Positions 7,566 to 19,514 of a stretch of DNA of 24,000 bases are shown here, piece after piece. Made by a program: the position numbers and the translations under genes. The notes beneath the pieces are model-generated. The model saw only the letters and a program-made list of their open reading frames with translations, did no database searches and was not told the DNA's origin. Numbering within the stretch: the first letter of the stretch is position 1; each line of letters starts with the position of its first letter. The stretch comes from Photobacterium lutimaris (GTDB lineage: Bacteria; Pseudomonadota; Gammaproteobacteria; Enterobacterales; Vibrionaceae): assembly GCF_003025555.1 (NCBI RefSeq), contig NZ_PYMH01000016.1:4987-28986 (forward strand). Reading direction: 5' to 3'.

Positions 7566-8065
7566 AAACCAAGCGTCCCTTTCCGTGATCTTGATTCCAC
7601 TTTTTACTATAAAACTTGTTGCATTTTTGTTGTGCCTGGTTTTTCAGTCTGCCTGTTTGGAGGTCATTTAGCATAAGCTAATGTTTTATAAGGGCATTTT
7701 TTCGCTTGTGTATTTTGTTGTGTATAATTTTATATACAGTAAATTTTAAGGTGATATTTATCTGAAGTGCAAAATAATGCACGTGCTAGTTTGTTTTTTA
7801 CACATTTAATAAAAGTGTGAGCCAAGAATTTTATAATGTATTTAGTGGTGTTTTAATTTGTGAACTATTTGGTTGTAGAATAAGCGGCTGTAAATATAAA
7901 TTTCGCCGTGGAATTTTATAGATATTTTGGATTTTATCCGGTTGCACGAAAACAACGATATAGATAACCGTTTCGTTGGTACTGACTAGTTAAAGAAAGT
8001 AACGGAGAGATAATGGTTATTTAATACTGGGTGTTGAATAATTGACCGGTTGGGTGGTTTAGGGG

Positions 8066-8094
8066 TTTACAAGGCCAATCGCAGCGATTAATAT
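8066..8094 (+). promoter_or_regulatory. Sigma-70 promoter of the tRNA-Ser/tRNA-Asp operon
   Basis: TTTACA (8066-8071), a 17-nt spacer, then TAATAT (8089-8094), 13 nt before the mature tRNA 5' end. The same TTTACA-17-TAnTAT architecture occurs at 10886-10914. Confidence 0.6.
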
Positions 8095-8107
8095 TCACTG
8101 CACTTAC

Positions 8108-8198
8108 GGAGAGATGGCTGAGTGGTTGAAAGCACCGGTCTTGAAAACCGGCATACGTTTGTAGCGTATCTAGGGTTCAAATCCCTATCTCTCCGCCA
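8108..8198 (+). tRNA. serT: tRNA-Ser (anticodon UGA), 91 nt with long variable arm, CCA encoded
   Basis: The 5' end is GGAGAGATGGCTGAGTGGTTGAAAGCACCGGTCTTGAAAACCGG..., with anticodon loop CT-TGA-AA. The acceptor stem GGAGAGA/TCTCTCC is complementary. The T-arm is TAGGG-TTCAAAT-CCCTA. Confidence 0.95.
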
Positions 8199-8239
8199 CA
8201 TTCTAAAAGTTTGACCAAGGTTGAGCTTTACAAAGAATT

Positions 8240-8316
8240 GGAGCGGTAGTTCAGTTGGTTAGAATACCGGCCTGTCACGCCGGGGGTCGCGGGTTCGAGT
8301 CCCGTCCGCTCCGCCA
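8240..8316 (+). tRNA. aspT: tRNA-Asp (anticodon GUC), 77 nt, CCA encoded
   Basis: GGAGCGGTAGTTCAGTTGGTTAGAATACCGGCCTGTCACGCCGGGGGTCGCGGGTTCGAGTCCCGTCCGCTCCGCCA is nearly identical to my recollection of E. coli tRNA-Asp. The anticodon loop is CT-GTC-AC. Confidence 0.95.
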
Positions 8317-8324
8317 CTACACTG

Positions 8325-8355
8325 AAGCCCTTGTCGAAAGACAAGGGCTTTTTTG
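8325..8355 (+). terminator. Rho-independent terminator of the tRNA operon (GTCGAAAGAC-core hairpin)
   Basis: AAGCCCTTGTC-GAAA-GACAAGGGCTT followed by TTTTTT. Confidence 0.8.
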
Positions 8356-8392
8356 TTTGCGTTGAACATAGGCGTCAGTCCTTCGGACTGAT

Positions 8393-8433
8393 GAGTCCCG
8401 CTTGGACGCAAGCCCGGCCGCTCCGCCACTACA
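8393..8433 (+). repeat. Split partial copy of the tRNA-Asp 3' end
   Basis: GAGTCCCG (8393-8400) and CCGCTCCGCCACTACA (8418-8433) are adjacent in tRNA-Asp, separated there by a single T (8298-8321). Here they are separated by the 17 nt CTTGGACGCAAGCCCGG. Similarity to the flank of the real gene continues: GAAGCC...GGGCTT...TGTNTGCGTTG. Confidence 0.8.
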
Positions 8434-8502
8434 ACGAAGCCTCAGACTGGGCGTCCCCGAAGAAATGCTGGGGCTTCGTTGTATGCGTTGGTTTTGGAGG
8501 GG

Positions 8503-9675
8503 CTAGGATTGCTCAAGAAACTGAGTGAGCAGCGCCTCACCTTGCTGCTGGATGAGGTATCCAGGGACAGGGTAGGTACCATGTGCTTCGGCAAGCGCAC
8601 GTTGGGTGATCAATGGGATCTCATCTTCTTTTAGCTCTGGGAAAGAGGTGGGAATTTCCAGCTGGGTATTAAGATTGCTGACCGCTTCGATAAACTCTTC
8701 TGCAGTGCTCAGTCCGATCACTTCGGCAAGTAATGCTAATCGTTCCTCGCAGTGAGGCTTCAATAAGCTCAGCACCTTGGGCAGTAACACTGCATTAGCA
8801 AGGCCGTGAGGAATGTTGTACATTCCGCCCAGTTGATGGGCAAAGGCATGAACATAGCCGACGTAGGCTCGGGTAAAGGCACATCCTGCTTCATAAGAAG
8901 CGATGGCCATTTGCTCCCTGGCTTCGAGGTGATTCCCATCTTCAAAAGCGGTCGTTAAATACGAGAAGATTCTCTCGGTTGCCTGGGTCGCATACTTGTC
9001 GGTAAGCGGGGTGTGGTATGTGCCAATAAAGGATTCGACAGCGTGGGTTAGTGCATCCATACCGGTTGCTGCCGTAATCGGCTTTGGTAGGCCGACCATG
9101 AGTTTGGGATCGATCAGCGCAAAGTCAGGCAGTATGGCCGGATCGACAATGGCAAATTTTTCCCGTGCGCTCGGGTCGGATACCACTGCAGCGACAGTCG
9201 CTTCTGAGCCTGTGCCCGCCGTCGTAGGTATCGCCATAAATGGCGGTAATTTCTTCCTGATCTTCAACTTACCGGCCAGCCGACGAACCGGTTTATCCCG
9301 AACAATTTTCGCACCAATGGCCTTGGCGCAATCAATTGGCGAGCCCCCACCGATAGCAATAATGGCATTGCATCCTTGCTCTTTGAACAAATCGGCCCCT
9401 ATCGCCACGTTGGCGATAGTTGGATTGGGTTTGACCTCGTCATAGATGACAAACTCAATCCCCTGTGCTTTCAGCGATTCGCAAAGCGAAGCTGTTAAGC
9501 CGAGGGAGTGAACCATCGCATCGGTAACGATGAGCACTTTTTTTGCGTTTTTCGATGCCATGAGGGCACCCGCATTGGCTACGCTATCGGCACCCATTTC
9601 CAGTTGGGGGAACGGAATTGTGATTAATTTATTGAGCTGTTTATTGATTCCGACAACCGTTTTGTAGAGCAACAT
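8503..9675 (-). CDS. Iron-containing (group III) alcohol dehydrogenase
   Basis: Fe-ADH hallmarks are present: KKVLIVTD, AIGGGSPIDCAKA, PTTAGTGSE, HAVESF, HGLANAVLLP. The track ORF starts at GTG 9696. The ATG at 9675 (MLLYKTVV) has AAGGA 8 nt upstream and is preferred. Confidence 0.88.
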   Translation of the reverse strand: MLLYKTVVGINKQLNKLITIPFPQLEMGADSVANAGALMASKNAKKVLIVTDAMVHSLGLTASLCESLKAQGIEFVIYDEVKPNPTIANVAIGADLFKEQGCNAIIAIGGGSPIDCAKAIGAKIVRDKPVRRLAGKLKIRKKLPPFMAIPTTAGTGSEATVAAVVSDPSAREKFAIVDPAILPDFALIDPKLMVGLPKPITAATGMDALTHAVESFIGTYHTPLTDKYATQATERIFSYLTTAFEDGNHLEAREQMAIASYEAGCAFTRAYVGYVHAFAHQLGGMYNIPHGLANAVLLPKVLSLLKPHCEERLALLAEVIGLSTAEEFIEAVSNLNTQLEIPTSFPELKEDEIPLITQRALAEAHGTYPVPGYLIQQQGEALLTQFLEQS

Positions 9676-9775
9676 AGTTAACATCCTTTTAAACACGTGT
9701 TTGAATTATAATCAGAGTTGACTATGCGTGTATGGGATATGCTTCATAGTTAAGCGAAAATATGATGCCATGTGC

Positions 9776-10138
9776 TTATTGGCTGATAGCTAATAGCTCT
9801 GCCAGAGGGGAAGCTTGCGAAGTTAGCCTGTTGTTACGATAGAGGTAGCTTTTGATATTTTGGCTGCCATCGCTGAATGACTTGGTGATTTGATAGGGGG
9901 TGCCTTTGGCAAGATGCCAGAGAAAATGCTTGGTTGCACTGTCGAAGGTTTTATCGGTATCTGAACCGCTATGTTCGATGAGGGGTGAGTGAAAGGTAAA
10001 CTGGGTCAAGGCGATAGCATCACTGTGTTCTAAGCGTTTTTTCTCAACATGTTCAAAGCCAAACTCATGCGCTATTGGCGATATGCCCCCGGGTAGCATG
10101 TGTGCGGGTATAACGAGTGCTGCATGGGAGAGCGTCAT
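9776..10138 (-). CDS. Hypothetical protein (about 120 aa); possibly a truncated regulator
   Basis: The likely start is MTLSHAALVIP at 10138, because the longer track ORF overlaps the divergent gene. The C-terminal ...IKSYLYRNNRLTSQASPLAELLAISQ* resembles the entry into an AraC-type HTH but stops there. That resemblance is weak and comes from memory. Confidence 0.3.
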   Translation of the reverse strand: MTLSHAALVIPAHMLPGGISPIAHEFGFEHVEKKRLEHSDAIALTQFTFHSPLIEHSGSDTDKTFDSATKHFLWHLAKGTPYQITKSFSDGSQNIKSYLYRNNRLTSQASPLAELLAISQ

Positions 10139-10248
10139 TTCTGTTCCTGTTGGTTTTTTATTAGCGTGGCACAGGCTGAAGATAATGGACAGGAAAATTG
10201 TCCATTGGCTGCCACACTGTAAGTAAGTCAGCGAAGGGAGAAAAGGTG

Positions 10249-10824
10249 ATGAAGAGGCGGCACTTTTTGGCATTGTGGTCGATGTTGTTCGTGAAACCGA
10301 TTTGGGCAAAACAACCTTATATTGTCACCCCGGCACAGGCTGAGGGACCATTCTACCCAGTTGTGCCAATCCCAATGAGAGCCAATTTGGTTTTGCAGGA
10401 ACAAGGTTTAGCCGGAGAGCCGATAGCGCTGCAGGGGCGTGTATTGGATGTTCAAGGGCTGCCGTTATCTGGTATCAAGATAGAAATTTGGCAGTGTGAC
10501 GGCGAAGGGGTATACGCTCACCCGCAGCAGCCAAATAACCAATCATTTGACCGCCATTTTGCGGGCTTTGGTGCCGTAGTAACGGATAAGGAAGGCCAAT
10601 ATCAGTTTCGCACTATACACCCCGTGCCTTATACCGGTCGTCCGCCGCATATTCATGTGAAGCTTTGGCGAGGGGACAATGAACTGCTGACTACCCAGCT
10701 TTATCTCAACGGCCAGACGGGAAATGAGTGGTGGGGAGGGCGTGAGCGTCAGTATCTTCAGTTTGAGCCCAAAGAATTATCGGGTGGCGTTGTCGGAGAA
10801 TTTGATTTTATTGTTGTTACTTGA
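10249..10824 (+). CDS. Intradiol ring-cleavage dioxygenase-like protein with Tat-type signal peptide
   Basis: The N-terminus is MKRRHFLALWSMLFVKPIWA, with a twin-arginine RRxFL motif and an AxA-like cleavage site. It is followed by AEGPFYP, GRVLD..G.PL.G..IEIWQCD..G.Y, YQFRTIHPVPYTGRPPHIHVK, typical of the protocatechuate 3,4-dioxygenase beta-like family. GGGAGAAAAGG lies upstream of the ATG at 10249. Confidence 0.75.
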   Translation: MKRRHFLALWSMLFVKPIWAKQPYIVTPAQAEGPFYPVVPIPMRANLVLQEQGLAGEPIALQGRVLDVQGLPLSGIKIEIWQCDGEGVYAHPQQPNNQSFDRHFAGFGAVVTDKEGQYQFRTIHPVPYTGRPPHIHVKLWRGDNELLTTQLYLNGQTGNEWWGGRERQYLQFEPKELSGGVVGEFDFIVVT

Positions 10825-10885
10825 GCGGTTATTTCTCAATATTCAGAAAGTTGGCGGTATTGTGAGCAGTCGGACTTTTAGGGTA

Positions 10886-10914
10886 TTTACAATGCCCTAA
10901 GGGCTCTATATTAT
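10886..10914 (+). promoter_or_regulatory. Sigma-70 promoter of the second tRNA-Ser gene
   Basis: TTTACA (10886-10891), a 17-nt spacer, then TATTAT (10909-10914), followed by a GC-rich discriminator ACGCCGC, 12 nt before the tRNA 5' end. Confidence 0.6.
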
Positions 10915-10926
10915 ACGCCGCACAAA

Positions 10927-11017
10927 GGAGAGATGGCTGAGTGGTTGAAAGCACCGGTCTTGAAAACCGGCATACGTTTGTAGCGTATCTAGGGTTCAAA
11001 TCCCTATCTCTCCGCCA
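10927..11017 (+). tRNA. serT: tRNA-Ser (anticodon UGA), second copy, 91/91 identical to 8108-8198
   Basis: Base-for-base identical to the first copy by visual alignment. The flanks differ: CCA is followed by AATTTAG here and by CATTCTA at 8199. Confidence 0.95.
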
Positions 11018-11027
11018 AATTTAGAAA

Positions 11028-11052
11028 AGCCAGCTTAACTGCTGGCTTTTTT
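11028..11052 (+). terminator. Rho-independent terminator after tRNA-Ser
   Basis: AGCCAGC-TTAACT-GCTGGCT followed by TTTTTT. Same hairpin as 1565-1590. Confidence 0.8.
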
Positions 11053-11099
11053 ACATCTGTTGCTTGGCAAAGAAAGGGGTAGGGTGAAGAACCTTAGAC

Positions 11100-11197
11100 A
11101 GGGTTCAGCCGAGCGAAGCGAGACAACGTTGCTAGCCGAAGGCGCTGTAAAGCAACGGCCCGCCGGGCGAAGTAAATCCCTATCTCTCCGCCACATT
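11100..11197 (+). repeat. Split partial copy of the tRNA-Ser 3' end inside a roughly 130-bp insert
   Basis: AGGGTTCA (11100-11107) and AATCCCTATCTCTCCGCCA (11175-11193) together rebuild the 27-nt fragment seen at 1529-1555. They are separated by about 67 nt of GC-rich sequence containing three CGAAG motifs. The fragment is followed by CATT, the flank of the 8108 copy, not the flank of the adjacent 10927 copy. Confidence 0.8.
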
Positions 11198-11204
11198 AAG
11201 AAAA

Positions 11205-11232
11205 AGGCCTCGTCGAAAGACGGGGCCTTTTT
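11205..11232 (+). terminator. Second terminator hairpin (GTCGAAAGAC core)
   Basis: AGGCCTCGTC-GAAA-GACGGGGCCT followed by TTTTT. Homologous to 1612-1639 with one stem difference. Confidence 0.7.
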
Positions 11233-11397
11233 CGTTTTAGCGCCACGCTAACCTGCTGCGTATACACGTACCCACCAGCCCACCAGGCGTAACCCGTCAA
11301 ATTTGAGAGACTAGCCGCCTAAAGCGGACTTTTGTCCTGAAACTTTCTTCATCCTCTTCATTATGATGGCTGCATTAGAACGAACGAGGAAACAATT

Positions 11398-12105
11398 ATG
11401 ACTGCTCATATCGCAGGTTCTGCAGACGATTTTGCTTCAACCGTTATCATGCCGGGCGATCCGCTGCGTGCTAAATACATTGCTGAAACTTACCTTGAAG
11501 ATGTAAAGCTAGTGACGGACATCCGCAACATGCTCGGTTACACCGGCTACTACAAAGGTCAGCGTATTTCGGTAATGGGTCACGGCATGGGGATACCTTC
11601 CATGGTGCTGTATGGTCATGAGCTGATTAATGACTTTGGTGTCAAACGCATTATTCGTATCGGCAGCGTGGGCGCAACACAGAAAGATGTGCACATGCGT
11701 GATGTGATTCTGGCTCAAGCTGCAGGCACCGATTCTCCAACCAACGCCAAGCGCAGCAGCGGTTACCATATGGCGACGTCGGCAACGTTTGAGTTGCTGC
11801 ACCATGCCTACATGTCGGCGAAAGAGAAGGGCATTGATGTCAAGGTCGGCAACGTGTTTACCGGTGATCTTTATTACGATCCAGACGATGATTTGATCCC
11901 AGCACTGGAGCGCTTTGGGGTGCTGGGTGTCGATATGGAAGTGGCGGGCTTGTACGGCCTTGCGCACCAGTATGGTATCGAGTCTCTGGCAATTCTCACG
12001 GTTTCAGACCATTGCATCACGGGCGAAGAAACTACGGCGGAAGAACGCCAGCTTTCATTCAATAATATGATTGAAATTGCCCTAGAAACCGCAATAAAGG
12101 CTTAA
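11398..12105 (+). CDS. deoD: Purine nucleoside phosphorylase, DeoD type
   Basis: Strong match to the DeoD family: VIMPGDPLRAKYIAETYLEDV, GYTGYYKGQRISVMGHGMGIPS, VKRIIRIGSVGA, GVDMEVAGLYG. GAGGAA lies upstream of the ATG. Confidence 0.92.
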   Translation: MTAHIAGSADDFASTVIMPGDPLRAKYIAETYLEDVKLVTDIRNMLGYTGYYKGQRISVMGHGMGIPSMVLYGHELINDFGVKRIIRIGSVGATQKDVHMRDVILAQAAGTDSPTNAKRSSGYHMATSATFELLHHAYMSAKEKGIDVKVGNVFTGDLYYDPDDDLIPALERFGVLGVDMEVAGLYGLAHQYGIESLAILTVSDHCITGEETTAEERQLSFNNMIEIALETAIKA

Positions 12106-12181
12106 CCCTACACTGAGGGCTGGCAGGTTCGGCCCTCCATTATATAAAGAACATCTCTTCAATGAGCCCTTGGAGTGAACA

Positions 12182-13354
12182 ATGAAAAATAAAATGACAC
12201 TCACTGCGATCAGCTTCCTTGCCAACTTTATTATGGCAGGCTTTGCCACTCAGTTTGGCATGCTGATCCAACCTATCGCCAATGCATTCAATGCCAATGT
12301 AAACGAAGTCGCCTCGATTTTCTCGTTATTAAATGGGGGAGCGCTGGCCGGTACTGTGGCCGCCTTCTTCCTGATCGAAAAAATTGGGATTAAGCGCATA
12401 ACGGTGCTGTGCTATGGTGTAATTGCGCTGGCAGCCTTGATTTTATACGCTGCGCCTTCACTATTTATCGTGATGCTGTGCATGACGGTAATTGGTTTCT
12501 GCGGCGGTGTTGGTCTTTGTATTGCGGGTACTATCGTGGTGTCTGTATGGAAAGACAAAATCCAAAGTACCATGCTGGTGGTGCAAGACGCGACATTCAA
12601 CATTGCCGGTGTCGTGTTCCCGATGATCACCACCTATGCATTGACTAACGCAATGAACTGGAGCATCAGCTACCTAAGTGTGGGGGTGGTGGCGTTAGCG
12701 ACCATGTTTGTTGCCCTGCTGACCAACTTCAACTCATGCAGCGGTGACAGCAGCACAGAGCAAGAAGAAAAATCTGAGTGGAACTTCGGCATCATCAGCG
12801 GTGGTGTAGGTTTATTTCTTGGAATGCTGGCGCTGTACACTTTCCTGACATGGGCACCGATGTTCGTGCAGACGAAATTCGACATCCCGTTTGAACAAGC
12901 AGGTAACATTATCACCCAATACTGGTCGGCCGCACTGGTTGGTGCATTGGTTTCGACTGTGATTGTGTCTCGCATGAAGATCCAAACCTTCCTGTTGACC
13001 ATCATCACTGTGGCGATGGTGATCACAAGCGTTATTGTCACAACCGAGAAACTAGAGTGGCTCTCTTACCTAACCTACGGTTACGGATTTGCGTGTGCGG
13101 CGCTGTACAATGCCTTTATCGCTTACGGTGTATCTTTCGTACGTAATGCAACCAGCAAAAACGTTTCTTATATCCTGATCAGTGGCAGTGCAGGTGCGAT
13201 GTTCAGCCCAGCAATTAGCTCGGTATTGGAAAGTGTGGTTGGGCTGCAAACGGTAATGTACTCTATTCCGGTTATTTACGCGGTGATTGTTGCCATGCTA
13301 GTCGCTTCGATGAAATACAAAGCGGTAGACGCGAGCCCAGCTCAAACGGCTTAA
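12182..13354 (+). CDS. MFS transporter (TsgA-like architecture), probably co-transcribed with deoD
   Basis: A 390-aa protein with about 12 hydrophobic segments. The N-terminal region (LTAISFLANFIMAGFATQFGMLIQPIA..F) resembles the TsgA/FHS-type MFS layout. GGAG lies 7 nt upstream. Substrate unknown. Confidence 0.65.
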   Translation: MKNKMTLTAISFLANFIMAGFATQFGMLIQPIANAFNANVNEVASIFSLLNGGALAGTVAAFFLIEKIGIKRITVLCYGVIALAALILYAAPSLFIVMLCMTVIGFCGGVGLCIAGTIVVSVWKDKIQSTMLVVQDATFNIAGVVFPMITTYALTNAMNWSISYLSVGVVALATMFVALLTNFNSCSGDSSTEQEEKSEWNFGIISGGVGLFLGMLALYTFLTWAPMFVQTKFDIPFEQAGNIITQYWSAALVGALVSTVIVSRMKIQTFLLTIITVAMVITSVIVTTEKLEWLSYLTYGYGFACAALYNAFIAYGVSFVRNATSKNVSYILISGSAGAMFSPAISSVLESVVGLQTVMYSIPVIYAVIVAMLVASMKYKAVDASPAQTA

Positions 13355-13380
13355 CGGTATTGATTGGATACAGCAAAAAG

Positions 13381-13407
13381 GTCTGCATGGTGCAGACCTT
13401 TTTTTAT
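13381..13407. terminator. Bidirectional rho-independent terminator between the MFS gene (plus) and the crp-like gene (minus)
   Basis: GGTCTGCA-TGG-TGCAGACC, flanked by AAAAA upstream and TTTTTTT downstream. Confidence 0.8.
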
Positions 13408-13434
13408 GTCAACCTTTGGCAAAACATCACGCCG

Positions 13435-14109
13435 CTACTCCTCAACGAACGCACGCAACCCCTCTAAATCGAGAATGCGTAATCCTTTCTTTTCTTTGGC
13501 GATAAAGCCTTTGCTTTCCAACTCTTTGACCGCACGCCGGTATACACGATCAGAGGTGGCAAATCGCTCTGCTTCAAGGTAGTTCTTTTGAAAGCCGTCC
13601 ACGGGTAGATCATTGAGATGGTGATGATAAATATCATACGCCACGTTGTAAGTTATGGGATAGAGCAATCGCCGAGAAAGGATCTCTACCGTATCTTGGT
13701 AATCGATCGCGATAGCACTGGCAAAATAGAGCGAGAGGCGCGGTTGCTCGAGCAGGCAGCGCTGCAACTTTTGGGCATCGATGATGGCAACGTCGACAGG
13801 TTCGACAGGCACAATATCCATTTGGCAACGGTATCCCGTGAAGAACTCCATCTCACCGAACAGCTGCTGCTCGCACTCAAGTGTGCCGAGTAAAAATGTC
13901 TTGCCGTTGCTGGCTGTCACGCCCATCGAAATCCGGCCTGAATCGACAAGGTATAAGTTTTCGACATGTTCGCCTTGGGTAAGGAGCTTCTCGTTTTCAT
14001 CAAAAATACGGCGCGCACAGATACAATCTCGAATCGTTTGCTCGATGAGTTGCTTATCCTGATTCCATTCCGACTCAAAACGTCCTTTGCCTAGGGTTTG
14101 TAGTTGCAT
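13435..14109 (-). CDS. Crp/Fnr-family transcriptional regulator (cNMP-binding domain plus C-terminal HTH)
   Basis: The effector-domain pattern is present (GEHVENLYLVDSGRISMGV...GKTFLLG...FGEMEFF). The C-terminal HTH is RFATSDRVYRRAVKELESKGFI. The start is taken at the ATG at 14109 (MQLQTLGKG) rather than the track start at 14157. Confidence 0.75.
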   Translation of the reverse strand: MQLQTLGKGRFESEWNQDKQLIEQTIRDCICARRIFDENEKLLTQGEHVENLYLVDSGRISMGVTASNGKTFLLGTLECEQQLFGEMEFFTGYRCQMDIVPVEPVDVAIIDAQKLQRCLLEQPRLSLYFASAIAIDYQDTVEILSRRLLYPITYNVAYDIYHHHLNDLPVDGFQKNYLEAERFATSDRVYRRAVKELESKGFIAKEKKGLRILDLEGLRAFVEE

Positions 14110-14274
14110 TTCGTTACCTTGAATACTGGCTTCAGCATTTTGACAGCATGCTATCACAAAATAAGGGGACCTCTTATAGCAGTATGGCCTTGACTGACGG
14201 CGTGTGCTTGAGCCGAATGTGACCTCATTCTTAAAGCCAAGCGTTCGATGATTTCTGAGCAGATAAAATATAAA

Positions 14275-14298
14275 AGCCCGCAGCTTTCACTGCGGGCT
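14275..14298 (-). terminator. Rho-independent terminator of the ebg-ygjI operon
   Basis: On the minus strand, AGCCCGCAG-TGAAAG-CTGCGGGCT is followed by TTTTATATTTT, about 45 nt after the ygjI-like stop. Confidence 0.75.
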
Positions 14299-14342
14299 TT
14301 GTCGTCTTTATCGTTGGGATATTTCTTTAACGAGTTGTGTCT

Positions 14343-15794
<1,452 letters not shown>

Positions 15795-15834
15795 TCAATT
15801 ATACAGTTAAATGCTATTAAGCGTGTTGTTATAT

Positions 15835-15857
15835 AAGGGCTTGGGAGCACCAAGCCC
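15835..15857 (-). terminator. Intra-operon hairpin between ebgC and the ygjI-like gene (possible attenuator or partial terminator)
   Basis: AGGGCTTGG-GAGCA-CCAAGCCCT forms a 9-bp stem. On the minus strand it is followed by TATATAACAAC, which is not a clean U-run. Confidence 0.35.
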
Positions 15858-15873
15858 TCTTATCGTTATCTGT

Positions 15874-19494
<3,621 letters not shown>

Positions 19495-19514
19495 TCAGGT
19501 AACTTGATATCTAG

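Noticed and set aside
7720-7750. Possible LexA (SOS) box around TGTATAATTTTATATACAG
   Set aside because: The spacing between the CTGT-like and ACAG elements is 12 nt, not the 8 nt of the gammaproteobacterial consensus, and the left arm reads GTGT. It is probably AT-rich chance symmetry.
8372-8415. Hammerhead-ribozyme-like string: GUC, a hairpin, CUGAUGAG, UCC..GGA, then CGCAAGC. It closely resembles CUGAUGA-stemII-GAAA.
   Set aside because: The GAAA core reads GCAA, an A13-equivalent substitution. The C and U of CUGAUGA are consumed by the AGUCC/GGACU hairpin. No stem III can be drawn around the GUC. The GAGUCCCG part is explained as a copy of the tRNA-Asp T-arm, so the resemblance is probably coincidental.
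8331-8528. Track ORF of 65 aa on the plus strand downstream of tRNA-Asp
   Set aside because: It spans a terminator hairpin, the tRNA-Asp 3' fragment and a second hairpin. It has no SD. Its composition is dictated by the repeats. It is not coding.
11060-11251. Track ORF of 63 aa on the plus strand downstream of tRNA-Ser, and the analogous ORF 1466-1663
   Set aside because: Both read through tRNA fragments and terminator hairpins, and neither has an SD. They are artefacts of the repeat modules.
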